From Macrostomum lignano (taxonomy: Eukaryota): 64,000 bases of DNA. Positions 39,071 to 51,987 of the stretch are shown here, in pieces. Each line of letters opens with the position of its first letter. Position 1 is the stretch's first letter. Both the position numbers and the translations under genes were made by a program. The stretch is taken from the NCBI GenBank assembly GCA_002269645.1, contig NIVC01001380.1, positions 124,001-188,000 of the forward strand, in the 5' to 3' direction. Below the pieces are notes generated by a model that was not told the DNA's origin, did not search any database, and saw only the letters and a list, made by a program, of their open reading frames with translations.

Positions 39071-40089
39071 TTTTCAGTATCAACACTCAGAGGCTGATGA
39101 TGTGCGTGTTGTGTGTGTGTTGCTGGTGTATAATTGTGTCTTTTATGCTGGTTAATGGCATGCTGGTTTGCAATGCGACCCCTTGTTTTTTCCCTGCTGT
39201 CTTTTGTAAGTTTCCCGTGTCTTTTATTAGTTTTAGAAGAACTTTTGTTATATTACTTGAGCATATAGTCTAGGTGAGTGAACATCCGTCTGATAGAATA
39301 CTCACAATTATGAATTATGAATAATAAATTAAGTAGAAGAGACTACAAAAAAGCAAGACAATAGAGCGCTTTACTGAAAATTGAATATCAACTCAAAAAG
39401 ACAATCATCAATTTATAGACAGAATCCCAAACGCCTTAAAAGTAACACTTTAGCACGGAAATTGAGTGGTTGACCTTCCCCTCATAGTTTATAATAAATG
39501 ATCCCCGCACACCCCAGTTTTTCCTTTTTCCCTCCTATCCGGTCCATGCAAAGTGTTTTTATTTCTTCCTATCAAAGCTCCCGAAAAAATCCCAATTTAA
39601 GAAAAGGCAAAGGCAAGGGCTGTGAGAAAAAACCTGCTATTCAACTGAAATCTGTGCCCCTGTTTTATTGTTATAATATGCTAAACGAGTGTGAGTGTGT
39701 GCGGGCCAGACTGACGCAAGCGAACGAAGCATAGGAAAAGTATTGAGCACTAAACTTCGCACCAAGTTGGTATAATAAGAGAGAAACGGTCATGATGGAG
39801 CAAGCAGTTCTTTTACCCGACTCTATCATTTTTTATGGCTTAAGTGTCTTTCCACGCTTTTGAATAGTCGGGAGCTTCATCTTCATGGGCTTAATATTCA
39901 GAACCGCAATGCTCTAAGCATCGACATCTGTTGCTGTGTCTGTGTGTGCCTTTATAACTTGCTCTTTTTTCATGCAGTCTGCTCTTTCTAAGTTTCTTGT
40001 GCGCGCATATTTAGCTAATAATTTTATGCGCTTTGGGACACTTCTGACTTCTTTCTGCACAGTTAATTCACCGTTTTGGTATAAAAAAG

Positions 40090-40500
40090 CTTAGAGTCTT
40101 CTGACAGATTCCTGATCAATCGCGCTTAGCGTCTTCTGACAGATACTTGAAATCTTGATCAATCGGGCTTAGAGTCTTCTGACAAATTCCTGATCAATCG
40201 GGCTTAGAGTCTTCTGACAGATTCCTGAATCCTGATCAATCGGGCTTAGAGTCTTCTGACAGATTCCTGAATCCTAATCAATCGAGCTTAGAGTCTTCTG
40301 ACAAATTCCTGATCAATCAGGCTTAGAGTCTTCTGACAGATTCTTGAAATCTTGATCAATCGGGCTTAGAGTCTTCTGACAGATTCCTGATCAATCGGGC
40401 TTAGAGTCTTCTGACAGATACTTGAAATCTTGATCAATCGGACTTAGAGTCTTCTGACAGATTCTTGGTCGTTGCGCTTAGAGTCTTCTGACGGATTCCT
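40090..40500. repeat. 35-44-bp minisatellite (GGGCTTAGAGTCTTCTGACAGATTCCTGATCAATC)
   Basis: ~10 copies. Confidence 0.9.
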
Positions 40501-42234
40501 GCTCAAGCTCTCTTTGAGTTTTTTAAGGGACTGAAAGAGCAATCTTGATAATATTATTTTAGTGGAAACAAAGGTTGTGATTTATAAATTATTCAAGCTT
40601 AAACCTTCCGACATCTCATGCTTTGGATTGCCCTAGCTAACAGGCTCATTTCTTGACTTGAATAAATCTGTCACTGTTTCGTATGGTTTGCTTTAATTGG
40701 TTTGTCTCCATCCATCCGTATCTGAGCACAGTTGCTTTGCTCTTAGCGACTGGAACTGTTAAATAGCTAGTCAACTAGAAAAATAGATGCAGTTTGTAGA
40801 AGGAACTTGAATCCCTTCTGTCTATTGTCATAAATATAAAAGGCCCAACGCGAACGTGTGAAAGCAAGAAGGAGGAGTTGGAGACCGCTTTAGGTAATTA
40901 ATATAAATCTTTGTGGGAGGATACCTGGGGGGTTGCTTCATTCGCCCGATTCTGTCATTAATTCATTATCGACTTTGCCACATCTTCCCATGCGCGCGAA
41001 ACAGCAATATTCCAGGGACCTTTTTATGTAAGATGGCGTTGGATTGGAAACTCGCAATCTGGGCGTGCTTGTAGTAGGTAGCGTGTCCATTTTTTCGTAT
41101 CCTGAATTTCGACCCCGGATGCCAGGCCAGATACCCGGGGAGGGGCCGTAGCCCATGCAGTGGTCCGGCGCGGCGCTCTGATGCGCCAGCGGCCCAGGCT
41201 CGATTCCAAGTGCAGTCGCATTAATTTGGGGCTGAATTGGAATCTCGGCTTGGCTCTGCTCGTGCAGTTAACGGCCTTAAGTGCCAACCCCCAAGGCGCA
41301 GTGAAGTGTACATGCCTAACGATAAATGAAGTTAGGGCCGCTGTACACTCCTGTGTGAGTGTGTGCTTGCGTACGTATCCGCGCGCTTGTATGCCTGCTC
41401 AGGGGAGTCGGGGGAATGGACAGTAATGCCTCTCGCCGGTTGTGTGCCTATGTCGCTTAAAGTGCGCCAGGGTGCACATTTTCTGTAGTTCACATTTCCA
41501 ATTTCATATTTCTTGGGATTCTATTCTGTTTCCTAAACGATTGTCAAATTTGATTAATCTGTAAGCATGGAGTCTGCAGGTGGCTGCAAGTTCTGCGGGT
41601 CAGAGAGGCTCTGATTTTATTATTAGTCTTAGCAACAGGAAAGTCGATAATATCGGAAATATTCGGCTTGAAAATTGATTTCTACAGCCACCAGTCCAAT
41701 TATGAACAGAAGTCCTTGAAGGCTTCAGCAACCGAACCGTGTGAATAAGTGTCTATAGATAAAAAATCTAGATAAAAATACTGTTATTTTTTCTTAAATA
41801 TTTTTGGAATTCCCCCCCTCCTACGTATACGCTGAAAAGTTTCTCACGCTCTCTGCAAGTATAGAAATTAGACCAGATTTCATCAAAACTGATGCCTGCC
41901 GCCCAAAAGATACGTTCGAAATTTGGCTCGATTAAAAATGAAACACAAAGCAACCACAATTTTGACAGTATAAAATATAACAATAAATAGTCTCTGACAA
42001 TGATATTATAGACACTTGCGTGTTATGCCATAACACTTCAGAGAGGCTGGATTGATGCGGATTTTTTTATATTTGATTTTTGTCTGCGTGTTTGCAAACC
42101 GATGGATAGTGATAGTCTCTCTTATAAGCTGGTAATTTTGTTTTTTAAGTCCTGCGTCAGTGCAGATCTGCTGAGCCTATATTCCACTGATTAGTCCAGG
42201 GTTAGTGAAATCTGTACTGATAAATGGGTTCATG

Positions 42235-43050
42235 AGGAGAGAGTTTAGGTAGAGAAGGAGAGAGTTTGAGGTAGATGAGAGTTTGAGGTTGAGAAGGAGA
42301 GAGTTTGAGGTAGAGGAGAGTTTGAGGTTGAGAAGGAGAGAGTTTGAGGTAGAGGAGAGAGTTTGAGGTAGAGAAGGAGAGAGTTTGAGGTAGAGGAGAG
42401 AGTTTGAGGTAGAGAAGGAGAGAGTTTGAGGTAGAGAAGGAGAGAGTTTGAGGTAGAGAAGGAGAGAGTTTGAGGTAGAGAAGGAGAGAGTTTGAGGTTG
42501 AGAAGGAGAGAGTTTGAAGTAGAGAAGGAGAGTCTGAGGTAGAGAAGGAGAGAGTTTGAGGTAGAGAAGGAGAGAGTTTGAGGTAGAGAAGGAGAGAGTT
42601 TGAGGTAGAGAAGGAGAGAGTTTGAGGTAGAGAAGGAGAGAGTTTGAGGTAGAGAAGGAGAGAGTTTGAGGTAGAGAAGGAGAGAGTTTGAGGTAGAGAA
42701 GGAGAGAGTTTGAGGTAGAGAAGGAGAGAGTTTGAGGTAGAGAAGGAGAGAGTTTGAGGTAGAGAAGGAGAGAGTTTAGGGTAGAGAAGGAGAGAGTTTG
42801 AGGTAGAGAAGGAGATAGTTTGAGGTAGAGAAGGAGAGAGTTTGAGGTAAAGAAGGAGAGAGTTTAGGGTAGAGAAGGAGAGAGTTTGAGGTAGAGAAGG
42901 AGAGAGTTTGAGGTAGAGAAGGAGTTTGAGGTAGAGAAGGAGAGAGTTTGAGGTAGAGAAGGAGAGAGTTTGAGGTAGAGAAGGAGAGAGTTTAGGGTAG
43001 AGAAGGAGAGTGTTGAAGTAGAGGAGAGAGTTTGAGGTAGAGAAGGAAAG
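42235..43050. repeat. 22-bp purine-rich minisatellite (GAGTTTGAGGTAGAGAAGGAGA)
   Basis: ~37 copies. Confidence 0.95.
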
Positions 43051-43723
43051 AGTGCAATCTACCTACACTATGGCAGAAGCCACTAACATTAACTGATAAG
43101 TGACAATGGAATTCCTATACTTACTGGTTGGTTGGTGCTCACCAATACCTTTATATTCCTTGTTTCTTTGCTAAGCTGAGCAAACTTATAGGGCCTGCAC
43201 AGGTGATAGAGGCAGAGAGGCAGACAACTAGAAGACCTGAGCTGGCCATGTGCAACAAGTGGTGCTACAACTTGTAAAAGCGAGCCCAGCGGGTGTTAGG
43301 GTAAATCAAGTTAGCCAGTCAGTCATTGAAAGAGCTTTCTGCGTGTACCATCTAGTGCGCCAATTGGCGTTGGTAAACATTGTGAGCTTCTGGTCTGATA
43401 GAAGCAGAGCATTTTTCTTCTCTCAAAAGTTGAATTGAGTGAAAGACAAAGAGTGAGTGAGAGAGGTGAGTTTAGGGAAATTCAACTCTAAAAATTGTAC
43501 GCTACACAAATTTGCGCGCCGCACAGGCATTAAAAATGTGCCTTGTATGCGTAGCTTTCTATAGGTACTCAACAGAACCAACAAGTAGCTATGTTGTGCT
43601 GATTGTCTCAGCTGTGCTATTCTCAACAGTTAAAATCATTTGATTGGCTCAGCTTTCTATCTGCTGCTTTGATTGAAACTATAGCACTAACCAAAAAGTT
43701 AGAATGGCAGGTGCTAAGTTCTA

Positions 43724-44499
43724 AAGGGGGGGGCATCATAAACCCGAAAAATCATAACTCCGAAAGCACTTCCCATCACAAACCCGAAGTATCACAAACC
43801 CGAAATATCACAAACCCGAAATATCACAAACCCGAAATATCATAAACCCGAAATATCACAAACCCGAAATATCATAAACCCGAAATATCATAAACCCGAA
43901 ATATCATAAACCCGAAATATCACAAACCTGAAATATCATAAACACGAAATATCATAAACCCGAAATATCATAAACCCGAAATATCATAAACCCGAAATAT
44001 CATAAACCCGAAATATCACAAACCTGAAATATCATAAACACGAAATATCATAAACCCGAAATATCATAAACCCGAAATATCACAAACCTGAAATATCATA
44101 AACACGAAATATCATAAACCCGAAATATCATAAACACGAAATATCATAAACCCGAAATATCATAAACCCGAAATATCATAAACCCGAAATATCACAAACC
44201 TGAAATATCATAAACACGAAATATCATAAACCCGAAATATCATAAACCCGAAATATCATAAACCCGAAATATCACAAACCCGAAATATCATAACTCCGAA
44301 AGTTCTAGCAATGTCCAACACTAGTTTGGTTTTCGGAGTTGTGATTTTTCGGGTTTATGATGTGTGTTGCTATTAATTTCGCAGTTTATGATATTTCGGG
44401 TTTATGATGGGCGTTGCTATTTTGTTTTTCGGAGTTATGATATTTCGTGTTTGTGATATTTCGGCTTTGTGATTTTTCGGGTTTATGATGGCGACCCTT
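43724..44499. mobile_element. Foldback-like element with arms built from the 16-bp subrepeat AAACCCGAAATATCAT; left arm expanded
   Basis: terminal AAGGGnnGnCATCATAAACCCGAAAAATCA inverted at both ends; tandem array ~43733-44300, inverted copies ~44330-44490. Confidence 0.6.
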
Positions 44500-45914
44500 C
44501 TGAAGTCTATAGATATTTCATAATAAGCTTTGCAAAGATCAGAAGCTTTGCAAGCTTAGAAATATCGATTTCTACACAGTGGTCACCTGTTTGTGAATAG
44601 CCAGACTCAGCTTCCATAGAAGTTGAGATCGGGTCGGGTGTTTTGCAATTGGGAAGTCAAACTTCTCAATCAGATCGGAAATCCCCTCTTCAGCTGGTCG
44701 CGGCTAGCATAATGGATACTGCTTTGAAAAGGAAAACTGAAAGAAAAAGTTAGTTGGCCAATTTCAAACCCAAGCCACTTTTATAATATAGAGCTGAAGT
44801 GACTTTATGAAGTGGCGGCAGTTGGAGAGATTTGCCTCCCAGGAAAATTCTTTCATACCAGCCTCTCGTCATTGGTAACTGTTGTTGACCTGAAGTGAGT
44901 CGAGTTCTCAGGGTGGACAGCTTTCTTATAGGGGTGAGACCTGACTGAAGAGAGCCGTGCTGGTCTCAGAGGCAACAGGCCTTTCAGAAGTGGTCAGGGA
45001 TCGGCTCACGCTAAGGACCTCTGCATCATTTGGACAACCTGGATTGGAACTGTGGACCGCGCCAAAACACACACACGCGACTAACTAAATAAAGTTAGAG
45101 AATTTTTAACATTTCAACAAATCTTGAGGTCCTTGGCTTGGAGGCGTTTTATGAGTTGAGAAGGCAGGCGCAAAACTGAAACTGACGCAAAACTCTAAGT
45201 GTGTTCAATCACTCTCAGGTGCTGTATTAGTAATATATTTACTAGTTTGTGTAACAGTATTCAGTTAGTATTGGTCTTTTGCCTTGAGCAGCCTGTTGCT
45301 CCACTCTTGCCCTGTCGCGTGGTCAGGCAAACTGAAGTTGGCCTCCTTGAAGATTGAATTGTGCCTGCGGATATTCAGGCAGCAGCTATGCTAGCTTTGG
45401 AGAGCGAGTGGCTGAGTGGCTTTGCGGAGGAGAGAGTGAAGTTGGGAAGGGTTTACGGTGTGAGGCAGGGGCACACACACCACACACACACACCTTTGAA
45501 GTGTCCTGTGTGTATGGGGGGGCGTTAATTCAGGGATCTCTAAACTGAACCGTTTTTTAATTAACCCCCGTCTCGCCTCGACTGCCCCCCCCCCCAATAT
45601 CCCATTCTTAACCGTTCATTCCTAAGCATTGAATAGCAAGCGCTCAAGTCGAGACCGGCAAGGATCAAGTCAGGAAGTTCGCCCCCCCCCCCCCCACCGA
45701 ACCAGCCCTCCGCCTCAGCGACTGAGCTGGGGGGAAGAGGCCAGAATGGACAATCTAATATAGTTGGTAAAAAGAGTGATTTCCAAAACCCTTTACTAAA
45801 AGACTATAATTTCCTAACTTCCTACGGTGAGAAGGGCGTTGAAGTGCTGCTCTGTAGCTCACTGCAACACCGATTCAGTAGAAGTAAACAAGTTTGAAAA
45901 TTGTGGTTTCATCA

Positions 45915-47925
45915 TAATCACATTTCTTGATAATCACAATTCTTGAGAATCACATTTCTTGATAATCACATTTCTTGAGAATCACATTTCTTGATAAACA
46001 CATTTCTTGAGAATCACAATTCTTGATAGTCACATTTCTTGATAATCACATTTCTCGAGAATCACATTTCTTGATAAACACATTTCTTGAGAATCACATT
46101 TCTTGAGAATCACATGTCTTGATAAACACATTTCTCGAGAATCACATTTCTTGAGAATCACATTTCTTGATAAACACATTTCTCGAGAATCACATTTCTT
46201 GATAATCACATTTCTTGATAAACACATTTCTCGAGAATCACATTTCTTGATAATCACATTTCTTGAGAATCACAATTCTTGAGAATCACATTTCTTGATA
46301 ATCACATTTCTCGAGAATCACATTTCTTGATAAACACATTTCTTGAGAATCACATTTCTTGAGAATCACAATTCTTGATAGTCACATTTCTTGATAATTG
46401 CATTTCTTGAGAATCACATTTCTTGAGAATCACAATTCCTGATAATCACATTTCTTGATAATTGCATTTCTTGAGAATCACATTTCTTGATAATCACATT
46501 TCTTGAGAATCACAATTCTTGATAGTCACATTTCTTGATAATTGCATTTCTTGAGAATCACATTTCTTGATAGTCACAATTCTTGAGAATCACATTTCTT
46601 GATAAACACATTTCTTGATAATCACATTTCTTGAGAATAACATTTCTTGATAAACACATTTCTCGAGAATCACATTTCTTGATAATCACATTTCTTGATA
46701 ATCGCATTTCTTGAGAATCACATTTCTTGAGAATCACATTTCTTGAGAATCACATTTCTTGAGAGTCACATTTCTTGAGAATCACATTTCTTGAGAATCA
46801 CAATTCTTGAGAATCACAATCCTTGATAGTCACATTTCTTGAGAATCACATTTCTCGAGAATTACATTTCTTGAGAATCACAATTCTTGAGAATCACATT
46901 TCTTGATAAACACATTTCTTGAGAATCACAATTCTTGAGAATCACATTTCTTGATAAACACATTTCTTGAGAATCACATTTCTTGAGAATCAAATTTCTT
47001 GAGAATCACAATTCTTGAGAATCACATTTCTTGAGAATCACATTTCTTAATAATCACATTTCTCGAGAATCACATTTCTTGAGAATCACATTTCTTGAGA
47101 ATCACATTTCTTGAGAATCACAATTCTTGATAGTCATATTTCTTGATAATCACATTTCTTGAGAATCACAATTCTTGATAGTCACATTTCTTGATTATTG
47201 CATTTCTTGATAATCACATTTCTTGATAATCACATTTCTTGATAGTCACATTTCTTGAGAATCACATTTCTTGATAATCACATTTCTTGATAGTCACATT
47301 TCTTGATAATTACATTTCTTGATAATCACATTTCTTGATAGTCACATTTCTTGAGAATCACATTTCTTGATAATCACATTTCTTGATAATCACATTTCTT
47401 GATAGTCACATTTCTTGATAATCACATTTCTTGAGAATCACAATTCTTGATAGTCACATTTCTTGATAATCACATTTCTTGATAATCACATTTCTTGATA
47501 GTCACATTTCTTGAGAATCACATTTCTTGATAATCACATTTCTTGATAGTCACATTTCTTGATAATTGCATTTCTTGAGAATCACATTTCTTGAGAATCA
47601 CATTTCTTGAGAATCACATTTCTTGATAATCACATTTCTTGATAATCACATTTCTTGATAGTCACATTTCTTGAGAATCACATTTCTTGAGAATCACATT
47701 TCTTGATAGTCACATTTCTTGATAATCACATTTCTTGATAGTCACATTTCTTGAGAATCACATTTCTTGAGAATCACATTTCTTGATAATCACATTTCTT
47801 GATAGTCACATTTCTTGAGAATCACATTTCTTGAGAATCACATTTCTTGATAATCACATTTCTTGATAGTCACATTTCTTGAGAATCACATTTCTTGATA
47901 ATCACATTTCTTGATAATCACATTT
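45915..47925. repeat. 16-bp minisatellite (CACATTTCTTGAGAAT)
   Basis: ~125 copies with GATAAT/GATAGT variants. Confidence 0.95.
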
Positions 47926-48934
47926 AGATACCATGCTTCAGAGTCAAGTTTTCATGCTTAATTGGTCAGCAAACCTTTATTAATAAAAATGTCTTGGCGC
48001 CACTACAGCCCAGACTCCCGCCGACATCATCAGCATCAGCTGCTTGATTGACGCTTAACAGTTGCTGATGTAGAAGTTTTTCTCCTTGAAGTTTTTTTTG
48101 ATTGTTATTGTTGGCATCGGGGCCTTCACTCATCTCTCTCTTCTCTCCCTCTGTGTCTCGGTCTTTAGTTAACATAACGGCAGATATTCAGCCCCAGTTT
48201 TCATTCAATCAGTGTTGTTGGGACACAGCTGAGAGTTAAGGTAAATTATTATGATTTCAGCATCTACCTAAGCAAGCAGAACTTATGGCTGTATAAGTCT
48301 GAAAACAAACAGAAAGACGCAAAGAGAGGACACGGGCATCGGGTGACAGACAAGTTGTGTGGGAACTCTCTCTGTGTGTGTCTAATCTCTGTGATGGACA
48401 GAAGGCAGCAGACACAGGCCCTATTTGATCTGATGATCTCGTTTCGGGTTAATCCCCCCCGAGTTCGGGAATTGGAATGGCAAATTAAATCGCAAAGCTC
48501 CGTCTTTCACACTCTCCGCGGTGTGTTTAGCAACCTTTTTTATTTACTAAAGAGAATATCGCTATGTGTGTCCCCTATAGTATGAATCATAATCAATCCA
48601 TAGGCTTGCAAATCTTATGTTTGCTTTTAGGGAGGTTTATATATCAGGTTGATACACCACTAGTAAGTGTGTTTAACATATGATTATTCAAATATATTGA
48701 GCTGGCATGGACAACTAATCAAAAAAAATTACTGTGCGAAAGAGATATCTTTATTCTCATTGAGTCAAAATAAAACATTATTTACTCACATTTCTAATTG
48801 CACTACTTGCATTAGTAGCAATGGTAGGGTTTTTAACTAGCTAAATGCATTGAAAGTAGGTAAAATTGTGTAGATTATTTAAAACAGCGACAAGATTACC
48901 GTAATTAGTGCCAAACCTTTATTTATACTAGCAT

Positions 48935-49475
48935 TGGCGCCAAATTTTATGTAATTGGCGCCAAAATTTCTTCATGCTAGCATTGGCGCCAAATTTTATG
49001 TAATTGGCGCCAAAATTTATTCATGCTAGAATTGGCGCCAAATTTTATGTAATTGACGCCAAAATTTCTTCTTGCTAGCATTGGCGCCAAATTTTATGTA
49101 ATTGGCGCCAAAATTTCTTCATGCTAGCATTGGCGCCAAATTTTATGTAATTGGCGCCAAAATTTATTCATGCTAGCATTGGCGCCAAATTTTATGTAAT
49201 TGACGCCAAAATTTCTTCTTGCTGGCATTGGCGCCAAATTTTATGTAATTGGCGCCAAAATTTATTAATGCTAGAATTGGCGCCAAATTTTATGTAATTG
49301 ACGCCAAATTTTATTTAATTGGCGCCAAAATTTATTCATGCTAGAATTGGCGCCAAATTTTGTGTAATTGGCGCCAAAATTTATATTCATACTAGAATTG
49401 GCGCCAAATTTTATGCAGTTGGCGCTAAAATTTATATTCATACTAGAATTGGCGCCAAATTTTATGTAATTGGTG
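48935..49475. repeat. 49-bp (21+28) minisatellite carrying two TTGGCGCCAA palindromes per unit
   Basis: ends ~65 nt before the GNPAT exon 4 acceptor. Confidence 0.95.
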
Positions 49476-49540
49476 CCGCATTTCTGTGTAAACCTGCAAA
49501 ATAATTTCAAAACTTCTCAATCCAAACCTCACCCGCCCAG

Positions 49541-49830
49541 GTATGCTTGGCGCCATCCTTGAATCGTGGTTCATGTGCGAAGTCCCTGACGTCTACCTGG
49601 TGCCCGTGAGCATCAGCTACGATAGAACCCTTGAGCAAAAACTTTACGCCTACGAACTGCTTGGGGTGCCGAAGCCAAAGGAGAGCACCTCGGGCCTGTT
49701 GAAAGCTCGCGCCCTGCTAGACGAAGACTTTGGCAGTGTGCACTTTTATTTTGATCAGCCAATCTCTTTGAGAAAATTTGCGACCGAGTATGGCGGTGTT
49801 GACAGATCTGTGCACAGCCTGGCGCCTAAG
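49541..49830 (+). CDS. GNPAT: GNPAT exon 4 (VYLVPVSISYDR...ELLGVPKPKESTSGLLKAR)
   Basis: cgcccag| acceptor; phase 1 joins exon 3 as PKT-G-MLG; highly GNPAT-specific peptide; |gtgagt donor at 49831. Confidence 0.95.
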
Positions 49831-49858
49831 GTGAGTCGCCTGTTTTTTTACTGCCAGC

Positions 49859-50165
49859 GCACTCTGTCCAATGTACACTCTGTCCAATGAACACTCTGTC
49901 CAATGAACACTCTGTCCAATGTACACTCTGTCCAATGAACACTCTGTCCAATGTACACTCTGTCCAATGTACACTCTGTCCAATGAACACTCTGTCCAAT
50001 GAACACTCTGTCCAATGAACACTCTGTACAATGTACACTTTGTCCAATGTACACTCTGTCCAATGTACACCCTGTCCAATGAACACTCTGTCCAATGTAC
50101 ACTCTGTCCAATGTACACCCTGTCCAATGAACACTCTGTCCAATGTACACCCTGTCCAATGTACA
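49859..50165. repeat. 16-bp minisatellite (CACTCTGTCCAATGTA), GNPAT intron 4
   Basis: ~19 copies filling the intron. Confidence 0.95.
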
Positions 50166-50203
50166 CTTGGTCACTAATCGCCATCACCAATATAAAACTG
50201 CAG

Positions 50204-50595
50204 GTGAAAGCCCAGCTCACGGACGCGGAGACCAGAATGCTCAAGGCCATGGCTCATCACGTGGTGTCCCGTCACTGCTTAAACGCCGTCGTGTCGCCCT
50301 TCTGCCTGCTCGCCGCTCTGCTGCTGGCCGACGGTCGAGCCTGTCGGCCGGTGCCGCTGACGGAGCTGGCCGCTGATCTGGAATGGCTGCGCCTGCGGCT
50401 GGCCGATGTTGGCAGCTTGGCCAGTCTGGACTGGCCGGCCCAGCTGTCAACTGAAGCCGTCATCGCTGAGCAGTGCCGGCTGCACTCGGATCTGGTAACT
50501 CTGCTGACTAAGGATCAGGCGGTTGCCTTGGTTACCGCGCCGGATTCCGATCTGGAAGCCAGGGCGGCCCAGCGACTGCAGCTGAGTTCATACAG
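50204..50595 (+). CDS. GNPAT: GNPAT exon 5
   Basis: actgcag| acceptor; VVSPFCLLAALLL...LDWP...SSYR matches the GNPAT mid region; |gtgaag donor, phase 2. Confidence 0.85.
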
Positions 50596-50685
50596 GTGAA
50601 GTGCAATGGGCCCAACTTGTGTAGTGTTTGAAGTTATTTTCGTTACATGTCGGTGACTCATCACGCTGTGGCTATTTGAATTTAC

Positions 50686-51008
<323 letters not shown>

Positions 51009-51019
51009 CAACCTACCAG

Positions 51020-51528
51020 GAACCACATCATGTGTCACGTGATCGAGCTCGCTCTGTACGACGCCGCGACTTTAAAATCGTCGGATGGCGGCCTCGGCGC
51101 CGCGGCCGTATTCGACACGCTGCGCCATCTGCTGCACCGGGAATTCCCTACCATCTCGGACGCAGAAGAAATGCCGGACATGGCCGATGCGCTGCCCAGG
51201 CTTCGCAATTTCGCCCGGGCGTGCCTGCGACCGAGCCTGGCTGGCTGTAGCCAGGTGTGCTCAGTTCTGCTCGAACAGCCCGAGCTGGCTGCTCAAAGCT
51301 CCGAGCGGCACATCGCCATGGCTGCTCAGAAGCGGGCATTTGCTAATCTTGTTAGTAACCCGAGTCTCTGGGACGACTGGGAGAGCGTCTCTCTGGACCT
51401 GCTGGTCAACGCTGTGCACGGCCTGCATCGATTGAGGATTCTGACCAAGTCGAGAGGCGCCGCGGCCACGGGCGATGGCGGCTCGTCGTGCGATTTCGAG
51501 AGGCTGCGTCGGCTGCATCTGATTCTGG
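51020..51528 (+). CDS. GNPAT: GNPAT exon 6
   Basis: cctaccag| acceptor gives SYR-NHI (cf. AYRNQL); SVSLDLLVNAVHGL resembles the GNPAT C-terminal region; |gtgagc donor at 51529. Confidence 0.8.
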
Positions 51529-51596
51529 GTGAGCACTTCAGCTGTGGCCGGGGTGACCGGACAGAACTCTTTAAATGGTAGAAAAGCTGAGGTGCT

Positions 51597-51885
51597 GACA
51601 GCTAATCACAGAACAGATAGAGTGATGTCAGCCAATCACAGAACAGAGGTGGTGGCAGCCAATCACAGAACAAATATTGGTGTCAGCCAATCGGAGAACA
51701 GATAGAGTGATGTCAGCCAATCACAGAACAGATAGAGTGATGTCAGCCAATCACAAAGCAGATAGAGTGATGTCAGCCAATCACAGAACAGAGGTGGTGG
51801 CAGCCAATCACAAAACAAATATTGGTGTCAGCCTATCGGAGAACAGATAAGAATGGTGGCAGACAATCACAGCACAGATAAGGTG
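51597..51885. repeat. 27-30-bp CCAAT-containing minisatellite, GNPAT intron 6
   Basis: CAGCCAATCACAGAACAGATAGAGTGATGT units. Confidence 0.9.
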
Positions 51886-51922
51886 ATGAAAGCAAATCAA
51901 AAAACCCGCTATTTGCTTTCAG

Positions 51923-51987
51923 ACCCGCTGACCAGAACCCAACCAGATGGCGTCCATGAAGTGCCGTCGACTCGATCGAGGCTCTGA
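51923..51987 (+). CDS. GNPAT: GNPAT exon 7, terminal, ends in the PTS1 tripeptide SRL (DPLTRTQPDGVHEVPSTRSRL*)
   Basis: tttgctttcag| acceptor, phase 1 matches exon 6; TGA at 51985-51987; total CDS 2034 nt = 677 aa plus stop. Confidence 0.85.

Noticed and set aside
44695-44730. tRNA A-box-like GCTAGCATAATGGATA
   Set aside because: No B-box/T-loop or cloverleaf follows
51529-51581. GNPAT C-terminus GEHFSCGRGDRTELFKW as the main end
   Set aside because: A strong GTGAGC donor and an in-phase downstream exon ending in SRL explain the expected peroxisomal targeting better
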